This document shows positions 1 to 11,870 of a stretch of 64,000 nt of DNA, in pieces; the stretch's first letter is position 1; each line of letters begins with the position of its first letter. The stretch lies in contig OZ316895.1 in NCBI GenBank assembly GCA_973895155.1, forward strand, positions 21,712,558-21,776,557, written 5' to 3'. Position numbers and translations under genes: made by a program. The notes under the pieces were generated by a model that did not search any database, was not told where the DNA came from, and saw only the letters and a program-made list of their open reading frames with translations. The stretch comes from Marsupella aquatica (Eukaryota; Plantae; Marchantiophyta).

Positions 1-2887
1 AGAGCAATTTTGTTGCTAGGCACCAAGTCGGGCACCACACTAACGTTGACATGAATTTGAGGCTGAACGAAGACCATCACAGAGGTCCTGTCCCTCTTAT
101 CGCTTGCTAGTACTCGATGCTCAGCACTTTTATACTTATCGTTGGTCATAATCTGAGTATGAGAGCCGAGACATTTCCAACCAAAGAACCATCATTAGCC
201 TAATGAAGTATTCTTCTCATGAGCAGCCACATTCTACCTTTAACCCAACTTGAGTTGTCACCAAAACGAAATTCACGTCACTCTCTAGACTTCAACCTGA
301 CGTGGTTGTCACCAACATCAAAATGAATTAATCTCCCTATTAAACTTGATTGGTTAAAAAGTAATAAATTTTCTCTCTAATCTTTAATCGAAGTTGAGTT
401 GGTGACAGTTGAGTTCATTAATCATTTGTTGAGACCGTCCTTGAGAATATTTAATCTGTGTGGGGTACTCTGATGAACTTCTGATCTTTTTCAATTGAGC
501 GAAGCGCAATTTTCCTATAGTAAACATGTCAATCGCACGTACGTGACCCCACATCAGAACATAGCAAACTCGAAATCCAAGATGCAAACTCATTGCACCT
601 ATAGTACCTGGAAGGCATCGCCGATGTTGACAACGAATCCATTAGAAGCTGGCACCACAGGAATCCAGAAACCATCGTTTTTGACTTCAAGCCCAACACC
701 GTCCTGAATCACAAGCGTCAAGAGATTGGGGTCCGTGTGGCCGATGAGTCCCAGCGCCAGATCAGGCTGTGGGCAGCGAGGATAGTGGGCTAACATCACG
801 ATGTGCTCCATCCCGTCTGCCCCACCCAGGGCCTCATAAATATGTTCGCTTTTCAGATTCAGCCCCTCTGATATCAGTTCGAGAAGAGTAGTGGACAATT
901 TCAGCGTTGCTCGGTTGTATTCTAGCATGGTCTCCCTACATTCACACACATTAGTTTAGATACCATGGACCAAACCACATGAAATAATTTATTACAACGA
1001 CTTATCCTGATCACCATCTGTTTCAAGTAGGCGTCCAGGAGAAAAACTATGACCAATCCGTGACAATCGTTCTGAAGGCTTCACAGATCTCATTCAACGA
1101 ACCTGAAGAGCATTCCTGTGGGTCAAAGCGAGGCTACCAGCCGACCAATGCTATCCGGGAACCACGGAGGACCCACCACCAGACCCAGGCATTGAGTCCA
1201 ACAGTATGATCAACGAATGAGTAACACTACTAACGAGTTGACTTGAGGATACTCTAATAACATGGTGATTTTCAAGGTCCGATACTCAAACTGATGTACG
1301 CGAAAGACAGGAGGCAAAAAGGTCAATTGTTGGCAAGGAGAAATAGAAAGTTGAACTAACCTCAATTGTGCACAAGGAGTTTATTACAGGCTGAAAGATG
1401 GAATTCAAATAGAACAGTTTATGCATCTAAGCTAACAACTAATCCATCTCAGGCTGAACTGACTGAAATATCATGGCCTCATCCTCAGGTGGACCCAGTT
1501 CCATCGAGAAAAAGAAACTCCTAATTTGGGTTGGCTAGGAGCACGACTTAAAGCTTAAAGGCATGTATATTACACGCAGATACAATACAGAGCGCAAAGA
1601 TTGCGATGAAAGAACCAACCTGTAGGAATCCGGTGTGGTGGGCCATTGGTCGAGTTCCGCGTCACTTATTGGAGTTATCTTATGTCTGAACAAATCTCTC
1701 CACGAATGATGGCCACTGGTCGTCGTCCTACTTTTCCCCAAAATGGGTGTTTCAAAGGGTAGATTCTTGTGCTCCCCAGTCCACTTGACCTTCTCGGACA
1801 ATGGCAACTTGAAGAACTCACATCCCACAGCGAGTATTCTCTGCCTCAAGTCCTCTGGGACGCCATGACCTACCACCTGCAACACGCGAGTTCAGGAGAT
1901 AGTCAGCTCCAACACAGGAACGAGTTCAAGTAAAGGAGAAGCATGGAAGATATCCATAGTCGACCGTCAGAGAATGTCAAGAATTTCGTAGGCAAATATC
2001 TAGCCTGTCATCTAAAATCAATGTGTCCTATGACCGTCCACGCATCGAAGCTAAACAGTGTCCTCTCAAATTCAAAGGCAGCCACCACAAATTCTGATTC
2101 CTACCAAAGTCAGGCTGCACTAGTCAAAACACACGATCACAGACGATCTCACAAGTCACAAGGAGGCCAAATGTCTCTCCTAGATTTCATCAGAGGCATT
2201 ATTGCAGCTGTGCAAATTCGTTCATACAACTATTTGTGTGGGTAGGTGATTGTCCGCACAATTGCGCTTACGGGTCGAACCTCAAAACACCAGCACTGTT
2301 CGCAATCACTTATATACACATTGGGTGTCATGTGACATAATACATGTTTCACACGTGAAATTGACGAACCTGCTCACAATGGACTATAGATCACACAAGT
2401 CGCGAGAATCTGCCGGTTGAGAGAAGAAGTGTAAGTCTCATCACTTTTCTAAAATAGTCCGAATGTACGTGGGGATAGAAGAAGAAATGGACGTCTGATC
2501 ACTTGCCTGGAAGAATCCCCAAGTGCTGCAAGCTTTAGCTATAGACGCCGCAATCTGTCTCCTTCGCTCCGGGTTGTCATAGATGCCGGACATGTCAATC
2601 AAGGGTAGTCTGACAGTTCTGTGGTCGCCCTTGACCGAAAGGCCCGGTTGCAGGTGGGGAGGAAGCACAAATTCTGCCGGAATTTCCACAGAATGAGCCC
2701 CATTTTGCTGCTGCTGCTGTGCAATGTCTTTCAATCTATTGTGTGTCAAAGCTGCTGGGTCCGTTCTACTTTCCGGGGGTGGTGCAGCCGGTCCTTCTTT
2801 TGTATCAAGCTCGTCCGCTGCCCCCAATCCTTTCACTTGCGGCTTCTGTTGTAGCTCCAGACTATTACGTAGAATCGTCACCATCAT
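1..2887 (-). CDS. 2-oxoglutarate/Fe(II)-dependent dioxygenase (DOXC type, DIOX_N + 2OG-FeII_Oxy); 3' end outside the window. Exons 2887-2507, 1876-1620, 935-608, 152-<1
   Basis: Spliced translation gives LPLIDMS...IAKACSTWGFFQ|VVGHGVP...FFKLPLSEK...WRD...WPTTPDSYR|ETMLEY...HYPRCPQPDLALGLIGHTDPNLLTLVIQDGVGLEV...WIPV...FVVNIGDAFQ|IMTNDKYKSAEHRV...RTS. This contains the HxD...H iron triad and the RxS 2OG motif. Intron phases are consistent. Confidence 0.95.
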
Positions 2888-2954
2888 CGCATCGAAAGAA
2901 ATCAAGAATGGGGAACGAACAAAAGAAATGGGATTGAGAAGGAGACCAACGAAC

Positions 2955-3610
2955 TAACGAATGCCAATGACTGGATGATCGCGTCTAATTACATAAAAGG
3001 AGTGACAGCAGAGTGAGAGAAGGTGTAGAGAGCGAGATGACCGAAATGGAAGCAGATGGGAAGAGAGATACAGTACTGCGAACGCCAAACCATTGCGAAG
3101 CAGAATGGAAGAAAGTCATTGAGAGGCCGGGGAGATCACGAAGACGAGAGAATGCCAATGACTCTGAATAATCGCGTCAAAGAATTACATAAAAGAATTG
3201 ACAGCAGAGTGAGAGGAGGTGTACTGTGAATAGTCGCGCCTAATTACATACAAGTAGAGACGGAACTGGAAGCAGATGGGAAGAGAGATACAGTACAGCG
3301 AACGCAAAACCATTGCGAAGCAGAATGGAAGAAAGTCATTGAGAGGGTGATCACGAAGACAAGAGAGAATGCCAATTGACTCTGAATGTCGCGTCAAATT
3401 ACATAGAAGAAAGTGAAAGCAGGGTGAGAGAAGGTGCAGTGTGAACAATCGCGCCTCATTACATGACAGAAGTGACAGCAGAGTGAGAGAAGGTGTCTCT
3501 AGCGAGATGGCTTAACAGGAAAGGAAGCAGATGAAGAGAGATACAGTACTGCGAAGTGCGAACTCAAAACCATGGCGAAGGTGAGAGAACAAGAGACAAA
3601 GGTGATCATG
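2955..3610. repeat. Three diverged ~200-240 bp tandem copies immediately upstream of the 2OGD start
   Basis: Blocks such as atgccaatgact...cgcgtc..attacata...gacagcagagtgagagaaggtgt...gaagcagatgggaagagagatacagtactgcgaacg...aaaccattgcgaag recur at ~2960, ~3150 and ~3370. Confidence 0.85.
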
Positions 3611-3628
3611 AGGATGAGAGTGAATGCA

Positions 3629-3634
3629 TTTATA
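3629..3634 (-). promoter_or_regulatory. Candidate TATA box (cTATAAAtg) for the 2OGD gene
   Basis: Minus-strand CTATAAAT just upstream of the pyrimidine-rich repeated leader. Position only, no transcript evidence. Confidence 0.35.
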
Positions 3635-3874
3635 GTCAAGGGAACGAAATTGGAGGACGTGGAACAGGCTTCACCTTTGTCTCTTTACGTGAATGAATTA
3701 CTGTAGTGAGTTGACAAAAACGTCCACTGACCATTCATCACACCAAATCACAGAATGCATGAAAGAGCCAATGAATGAAAGAATTGGGAAGTCCACACAT
3801 TCTTCAACTTGGAAGGCCAGACAAAAAATGGAGACTAGCTCAGAAAGATTTGCACGGGAATTGTTGGAATGTAC

Positions 3875-4020
3875 TACTGTAGAAGCTACTGTAGAAACTG
3901 TACACTGAGTTTCTCTCTTTGTCTGAGTTTCACTATTTTAGAAGCTGTACACTGAGTTTCACTATATTAGAAGCTGTACACTGAGTTTCTCTCTTTCTCT
4001 GAGTTTCGCTATTTCTCTTG
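3875..4020. repeat. Short tandem repeat (agaagctgtacactgagtttc units)
   Basis: Three to four visible copies. Confidence 0.7.
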
Positions 4021-4097
4021 AATTAGTATTCAGATTCAGTAGGCTGCCTGGTCCTTAGTTGCAAGAGTTGAGAGTAGCTCTTCAAAACCCACAATAC

Positions 4098-4550
4098 CAG
4101 TAGAGTGGTCTTTCTCTAAGTGCACACCCCAATGTGGATAACCTCTCTAACTGCAAGGCACCCCCTTCCTCCCCTTTGTTCGGAAATGATTATGAATTTT
4201 TTTGCACCTTTTGTAAGTACAAACAGGCCAAAAACTTTGGTTAAATGACAACTTTATAAGTGCAGAATCTTAATAAGTGGACAATGAACACTTATTGGTA
4301 AGTGCACAATCCCATCAAGTTATATACACTTACTGATAAGTGCATGGCACTGTTCAGTCGAATAAAAATTGCACTTATGGTGTGGGGGACCGAACTTAGG
4401 GTAAGGACGTACAATTTAGTGTGGAAGAAGCGTAAATAATTGTCAAGAGCAGCAGAATCATCCTTAAGGATGTTTCTTATAAGTTGATATAGACCCGCAA
4501 AAAGCAAAAGCGGGACTCTTTGGGAGCAATAGGGAGTGTCAAAGCACTTA
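4098..4550 (+). mobile_element. Decayed MITE-like element, same family as 56432-56930 (opposite orientation)
   Basis: Shares tctctaagtgcacac, ttttgcacctttt..taagt, ttataagtgca, cacttactgataagtgc and taaaaattg.acttatgg with the reverse complement of 56440-56925. Confidence 0.55.
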
Positions 4551-7500
4551 TGGTTATGAATTTTTGGAAGTCTCACTCTTACCAGGCATGTATTTAGGTA
4601 GCCCTTAGGGTTTTCCTACCAGCCATAAAACCATTTTATGTTCCTGGCCATACCTCACTTAAGCCACTCCCTAATGACCCTTTGTTATTGTTTATCAGTC
4701 TTGGCAAAGGCTCAAGTATCTTGCAGCTGTAAAGTAGCACATCAGATACACCTTGCCATTGTCAGTTTCTCTGGTGCTGATTCTGTAAACTTTACCTTCT
4801 TATTTAAATCTACACAACTCACATATTCTCTGCTTTACGTCAGCTGCATTGTGACGAATTCAATGATGAAGCGGCCATTGACTCATAAGCTCGATAATCC
4901 TGCAGATTTTGATACAACATTGAAATGGGGTGGCCAGGTGGATATAATGAAATCTTGGGATGGGTTTACCAAGCCCAGTTGAAAAAAGTGCAGATTCACT
5001 GATAATTTGAAGCAGGGATTTGCAATGCCAAAGTTTTATGGTGGCCCATGCTAAAGTACACTGTTCACTATAATTAGTGATATGCAAGAATTAGCAATAG
5101 TACAAAATTAGTGTTACTAACATTGATTTGGTAAAAATGAATTAGTCAACCCAGCCAGGCATAGCTGTGTGGTATCAAGTGATGACTCATAGCTCTTGGG
5201 TTCAAATGTTGTGATTGATTGTTCCTTTTCCATGGGGTTTCATAGATTTCCCCTTTAATTTAAAATAAATAAATTAAGTGATTTTGTCCCAGTAACACTA
5301 TTTTTTGTCTGTTTTTCAGAATAGTTTTTTTTTCACAATCTTGAGTCCAAAGTAGCACTAATTCTTGTGTATTCTTCAAAAAATAAAATTCCTTCTAATT
5401 TCCACTCTTGAGACCACACTAATAATGAAAATTGGTGCTCTCAAATTAGTATTGGTCACACTAATTATAGTGACTTGTGTGAAAAGATTTGAATTGATGG
5501 GGACTTGTGTGAAATATCCAAAAAGAATTAATGTAAATGTGTAGTGCACCATAGGTCAAGGAAGGCCATAGGTGCTTGTGACAGTTGTAGGAATTATACC
5601 AAAAAAGTACCAAAATATAAAACAGGGGTTTTCCAGCGTGCACTTTTGCGGTTTCCTTTTATAACAATGAACCCAAATATGTTAAAGGGCCTGAGCAAAT
5701 TTGGACATTGGAGCACCACTATCCATGTCAAGACCTGGATCCACCAGGTTTCACTATGAATGGTACCCTTTTCAAGAACCCTTTTCCTGAAATTGTGGAG
5801 CTAAATGGCACTGTAGAGGAGAACAATGAGTGGAATATGAAAAAGTGATAAATCTTGGACACTTCACCTTTTTATATGCCTAAATAAGAAGATTGTAGGC
5901 ACTAGAGTAGAGGTGAAGAGGGTTATTTCTTACTTCCATCCTAGGTGGTACACCAAAGTAGAGTATATTTTGGAAGCTATTATAGTGCATGGAAACCGAC
6001 TCTTGGGGAGGCTACAATTACCTTAAAGTGGCTCCATGGCAGTAGGGAAGGCAGATAAATTTAATCACACGTGAACAGATATTTTTGAGACATTACGTGG
6101 CGTGGCAGGCCGGAAAACAAAACAGTTGGTAACCCCTTTAGAAATACAAATATAACAACTGGCCAAGCTCGTGCGCGGCTTTCCCTTTAATTAAGAAAAC
6201 AACAGTTGTCAGAATTGTAGTGATTCAGGTTGGAATGTGTTTTTCATTATCTGAGAATTTTGGGTCATCTTGACAGAATTTTAGTGTCTCAGTGTGAAAC
6301 CATGAGAATATTCTCGTGTGATTATGGATACAATATTCTGAGAATCTTCTAATATTATCTATTCCGATTATCTATGCAAGTTTTTCGTGATATACTTTAG
6401 TGGCAGCTCTACAAAAATCTTAGGGCCATGAATTATTGCCTGGATTATTTAGAAACCAAAGCTATGTTGCACTGCCAAAACCCAACTCTTGACAAGATGC
6501 TTAAATGGACTAATGAAATCCCCAAGGACCCTTCTGAAACTTTACTTTCCACTTATATAGCCTTAAATTCCATTCCAAGACAGTGAGATACTGGCAATCA
6601 TCATTTTGATGCTGAGTTATGAGGGCAAGTCCAACGGACCTGATTAAGCCCTTTGGTTTTTGGCCAACTTGCACGGGACTGAGACTGGTCCAAGGATAGC
6701 AGTTGGCTGGCTTCCTAGTCAAGTCATGCTAAAGGGGTTGAGTTTGAAGGTTGCTTTTTGCCATCAAGACCCACCTGAAATCAATAGCTGAGTGTTTCCA
6801 GACCCATAGCTTGAGACACCTGGGTGATTACCAGGAGCTAGTAGATCTTCTGCAAAAGCTGTAGAAATTCTAGCTATAGAGCACACAACCTGGATGCAAA
6901 GGCCTCTACAAGCGAGGCATGCAACCCAGATGCACTGGTTGGGAGAACAGCATATATTTGAACACTATAATGTATCACCCGTAGGACTAACACAGCAGCA
7001 ATCTCTATCCCTAGTCGACCGACTCAGGAGGAGCAGCGACCAGGGGCTGCTAACCGGCGTGCCTGCCAAAATTGAAACAGACGACCCAACTCAAGCCATG
7101 ACATCCAATGCAATATTGACATGTTCAGCATCACACATTGTCCAACACCAATATTGACTACATTTCAATCTTAACATCTAAAACTACAAACACAAAAGAG
7201 ATAGGGGTCCACGAACTAATTCCCTTGAGAAGGGGGCGGTGCACAACACTTTTCCTCATTTTTCTTGGTATAACTGAACATAGTGACAAGCCAAACAAGA
7301 ATTGTGACCAACCCAGCCCCACTGTTGCCTTCTCGTTTGTTTTATTTCAATATTGTGGCTAAGTAACAAAAATCCAATACGGCACATAGAAAGACTGGAA
7401 ATGGATCAAATGTGAGTTCCAATGTAGAGAGCAATATGGTGATTGCTTTTCACATTGCGTCAACAAAAGGTAAAGGAACAAATCACTCAAGAGGGTAAAG

Positions 7501-9384
7501 TGACAAAACCATGCAATTGGCACCCCATTTTAACCTGAGCTAGCATTAAATTAACCATGGTTAGCCCTGACTACCATAAATTTATCATGATCTTCATTGG
7601 TGAAGAGATTTTTGAATTTGGCAAGACAAAAGTCGATATGCGATTGTTGTTTACATCGAGCATGGAGAGTCGACAAGTTGGAAAGGTTTTCCAATAAATT
7701 TATTGTAGTCATCACTGTTGACTGAGTACATTTTGAATGTGGTAATACAGAGGTAGGTTTAAGTAGGTTCTCATTATCTCATATCAAAGCCCCATTGCCA
7801 CAAACTGATTTATATTATGGTATGGAGACAAGAAGTACGACCCAAAGGTACCAAAAGAGATATTGAAAATCAAATAAAATCATTGTATTTGATTTTATTA
7901 CAAGGAAAAGAAAGTGAAGAAAAGCCAGAGTATCAGTGTGGCATACACTTGGTTAAAGGGAGTGAAAAAGGTTTGCACAATGAATTTGGTCGTAAGTTGA
8001 AGATCGCGCACATTGCGTCAGTGGGGATGATATGCGTACCAGCACTCAGAAAATGCTAAAAGCCACTATCTGCTATAAAATCTTATAGGAGAATATCTAG
8101 TAAGATTTGAAGGGAACCTATTCTGACTGTTGCTATGACAGTTTTCAGCTCAATTTACAACAGGGTCATGTGCTGGTGGAGTGATGAAAGAGTGCCCACT
8201 GTCATTTTGGCAGTTTGTGCAGGAGAGCTATGGGACAACTAAACATCTGAAAGCATGTTGCCTGCATGCACTACGTCATTCAGTCCCATGGGTTGTCGTT
8301 TTGTTTCAGACCTACCTTTAATGCCCCCACTCCTTAATTTGCAGGCCCTAACAGACTGTTGCCCTATATGTTTTTCTTTTTCTATATTACGTTTTGTCTT
8401 TTGTACAAAATAGAATTGAGAGTATTTCATGAGCTGTGAACGTCCCAGACAGACAATCTGGAGTTCACAAGATTAAATGGGGAGATTATTCTAAACCCCG
8501 TTCTGAACAAAAGCTCTGCAAAATACAAAAAAGAAAATCCTTGAGAGCTTGAAGAGAACAAAAGAAAACTGAACAGCCTCCTTGGTGGTCTTGTCCCTTT
8601 GTGCTGGCTGGGTTGGTTTTACCACCCATTAAATCTAGGTCAATTGTATAACCAGAACATAAACCAACACACATGTCAAATCACTTGATTTGTAGATCAT
8701 AAATAGATTGTATTGGTTTAATTTAGGTGTATGGAGCACATTAACTTGACGGTTTTGGTCATGCTTGCTTTGCCTCATCAATGGAGTTTTTGCAAAATTA
8801 TGAAAACTATGAAACATATCAGAGAAAGAAAACTGAACAGAACCAAGCAGTGTCCAAATCTTTCTTCAAAAGATTGGATACAAGATGATCTTGATTTGAT
8901 CTATTAGTGTGGGTTTGGCCAGTAATTTGGGTTAGAAGACACAAAGGTGACTGAGGCGGATGAACAAGGAAAAGGGGAAGGAAAAGGTTCAGCCAACCTG
9001 TCCAAGTTTGATAGCCCTCTTCAGACCCTTGTGAAACGACTTCCCACCCAATCTGAGTCTGCCACTAGATATCGCCAACGAAATGGAGGTGGAGTTTCAT
9101 TTTTTTCTTTAATTGTAAAGAAATGGAAGTGGAGTTGGGACGGCATGGAGGACAGGCCTTTTACTTGCCCTATGTTTTTCCTTTGTTGCCCTATGTTTTC
9201 TTTCTGGAAAACAACAAAGTTCGAGGACTAATGAATGAGGAATAGCCCAGAAAGTGTGCTGCCCATAGCCTTTCCTGCTTGATGACGATGGTCCTTGTCA
9301 TTGGACCAGGTACAGTGGAGTGGGTGCAACTGTGAGGGAGGCCTTACTCATGGTGGGGCCCTTTGTCTTCGTTTTATTCCCTCA

Positions 9385-9462
9385 GATTATATGTGGATCA
9401 TATAATGAGTGTTAAATGTGGATCATATAATGAGTGTTTAAATCTGGATCATATAATGAGTG
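9385..9462. repeat. ~25-bp tandem repeat x3
   Basis: (atgtggatcatataatgagtgttaa)x3. Confidence 0.8.
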
Positions 9463-10689
9463 GGAACTGTAATTGGCTTTGCAAGAACTGGGGGCCCCAT
9501 CCAGATAGAGTGGTTACCAATTCTAGATAGAGTGGTTACCAATTCTACATGGCAAGGAGTGTGTTGCAATTGGCTTACAAGAATTGTGGTTGGTGGGGGG
9601 GGGGGAGAGAGGGTGTTCAGATATGGTGCTACCAGTTGTCCATGGCGAAGAGTGAGCCCAAGTATATGTTGACATGGAGTACTTATTTTATGGGCAGTTT
9701 TAGACAAGTATACCTGTTTGGGCAGGTATACTTAGTCTACCCAGACAATACCTTGCCGCCCGTATAATTGCAATACTTGGCCTGGCAGGTATTGATGTTG
9801 ACTACACCTCGTAAGATACCATGCCTAGCTAGTATTGGCTCTTCCTATACCCGGCCTACTATGTAGAGGAATTTTCTGTACCTACTTTAACTACTTTAGA
9901 CTACACCTTCCATATAAAGGGAGGTATATGCCATACAGGTATTGCCATACAAAAATTCAAAAAACGTTACTAAGTGTAAGGGTTTTGGAAGGGTGTAGGG
10001 GGCTTGGCTTGACTTGGCCTGGCTTGGTATGTGTATAGAAGCAGCAGCACAACACATTTATTTGTGTCCATCGCAACTTGGGTTTGTTGCACTGGCAGCT
10101 CTCTCAGATGATATCATCAAATTTCTGCTGAAAACTCCTCAGTTCATTTAGAATGGCAGATTGAAGTAAATTGGATGTGTGTGATGAATGTGATTTCTCG
10201 CTTGTGGATCACATCTTGCAAGACATCAAATGAACTTAAGATGACGAGCTGGCAGCACATTGAGGCTTGCAAGTACTGGACGTAAAAAGGTATGGTCTAG
10301 TAGTCGTTTGATTCCTTTCCATTCCCTCTCCATCATGAACTCATAGCTCCCTTTTGGTTGGTTGGTTGTTGCTATAATCATTTCTGATGGAATTGTTTAC
10401 TCAATTGATGTTGTCTGATTGTGCAACTTTGGCTCCTTCACTCATGAGATTTGATTTGTTGAAGTTCATTTCAAGAGATTTCTGGGCCTAGGGTCTATCT
10501 CTAGAACACAAAACACAAAATGGCCATCCAGTTTGCTTTCGTGGAAAAAATCACCAGCACCCCAACCCCCTTGTAAAGACACCTTGTGTAGGAAGCGAGA
10601 GGTCAAGCCTGGTTGGTACACATGAAGGTCAAGCCTGGTTGGTACACATGAACACTGTTATCAAACCCCATGCCAAGGTGGGGTACACT

Positions 10690-10960
10690 AGGCCCTTCCT
10701 AACACCTAGAAATTTTTTAATGAGCACAAAGTTTGATGGAGGTCCCTGTAACTCCACATCAAAATATGACATGTACGGTGTACAATCTCTCTATACCGTG
10801 ATAAACCTCATTATCTTCTTTAAATCAACTTTAAATCAATGATTGCACAGAGTATATCACCACATTTTGAGTTTGATTAGAGTGCAGGCAGTATATCACC
10901 ACATTTTGAGTTTGATTAGAGTGCAGGCAGTATATTATCACATTTTGATGTGTGATTACC
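10690..10960 (+). repeat. Dispersed repeat with internal ~39-bp tandem units; related copy at 60150-60450 (minus)
   Basis: gtaactccacatc and tatcaccacattttgagtttgattag / cattttgatgtgtgatta are shared with the reverse complement of 60150-60450. Confidence 0.5.
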
Positions 10961-11870
10961 AGGAGAGAGGGGGGTGAGACTGACCATGGGCAGCCATTCT
11001 TGGGGCTCAATAATGCTTCTCAATCTTGCTACAACTCTAATGACGAAAAGTTACTTTAATGTACATTTCCACTTTCTTGGTTTTTTCGATGCTCGAATTA
11101 AATGGCAACTACAGTAAGTACACGACAACTCAATCCATGGCCCATGACTAGGAGGTGGTGCCCACGAGGAGTAAGGAAAGAATACCACAGCCGACATACT
11201 GCATGGTTAACGTGGAAATTAAGAACGCAATTATAGGAAGGACACCAAACTCCTTACTCTAGAATATTTTTATTGGGAAATGAGCACACAAGTGGAGGAA
11301 AGGACACCCAACAGGCTGGTCCTGTATATTGAAACGTGGGAAAACGAGCACCGCTAACAAACATAATATATTTTACATTCAAGTCAATCTCGAGTCTCGA
11401 AACGAGCCTCAAGTGGGATTTCCCATCCTTCGCAGCTCACTGTCCAATTTTGGATCCCATCCTTCGCAACTCGTTGTCCGAATCTGGATCCAATCCTTAG
11501 CAGCTCGCAGTCCGATTTCGCATCTTGCTGAAATATTCCTATAAAGTCCAGTTTTGCATCAGGCTGAGATATTGTCAGAGTGCTTCCACAAATGTAGCTG
11601 AAATATTTTAAAGATTGATCCACAAACTATGGTGAGACGTAGTAGTGAGTGAACGATTTATTTCTCCGGCATCCCCGGCAGTTGCACAGCCCTTCACCCA
11701 TCCAATCATATGGGAGAAAAGGAAGCTCTAAAGTAAGAATCGATTTATTTGGGTAACAACGTGAAACTTTCTTCAAGTAGACGTCATTGAACAGGAGCTC
11801 ACATTTTAACCATTTTTAATAAATTCCCTTCGACAAGGCTCAGCAGTCCACCATCTCGGAATGGCGGCAG

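Noticed and set aside
11384-11623. Minus-strand ORF as the last WASHC5 exon
   Set aside because: Exon 11981-11871 already supplies the strumpellin-like C-terminus and stop, so this ORF lies in the 3' UTR or flank.
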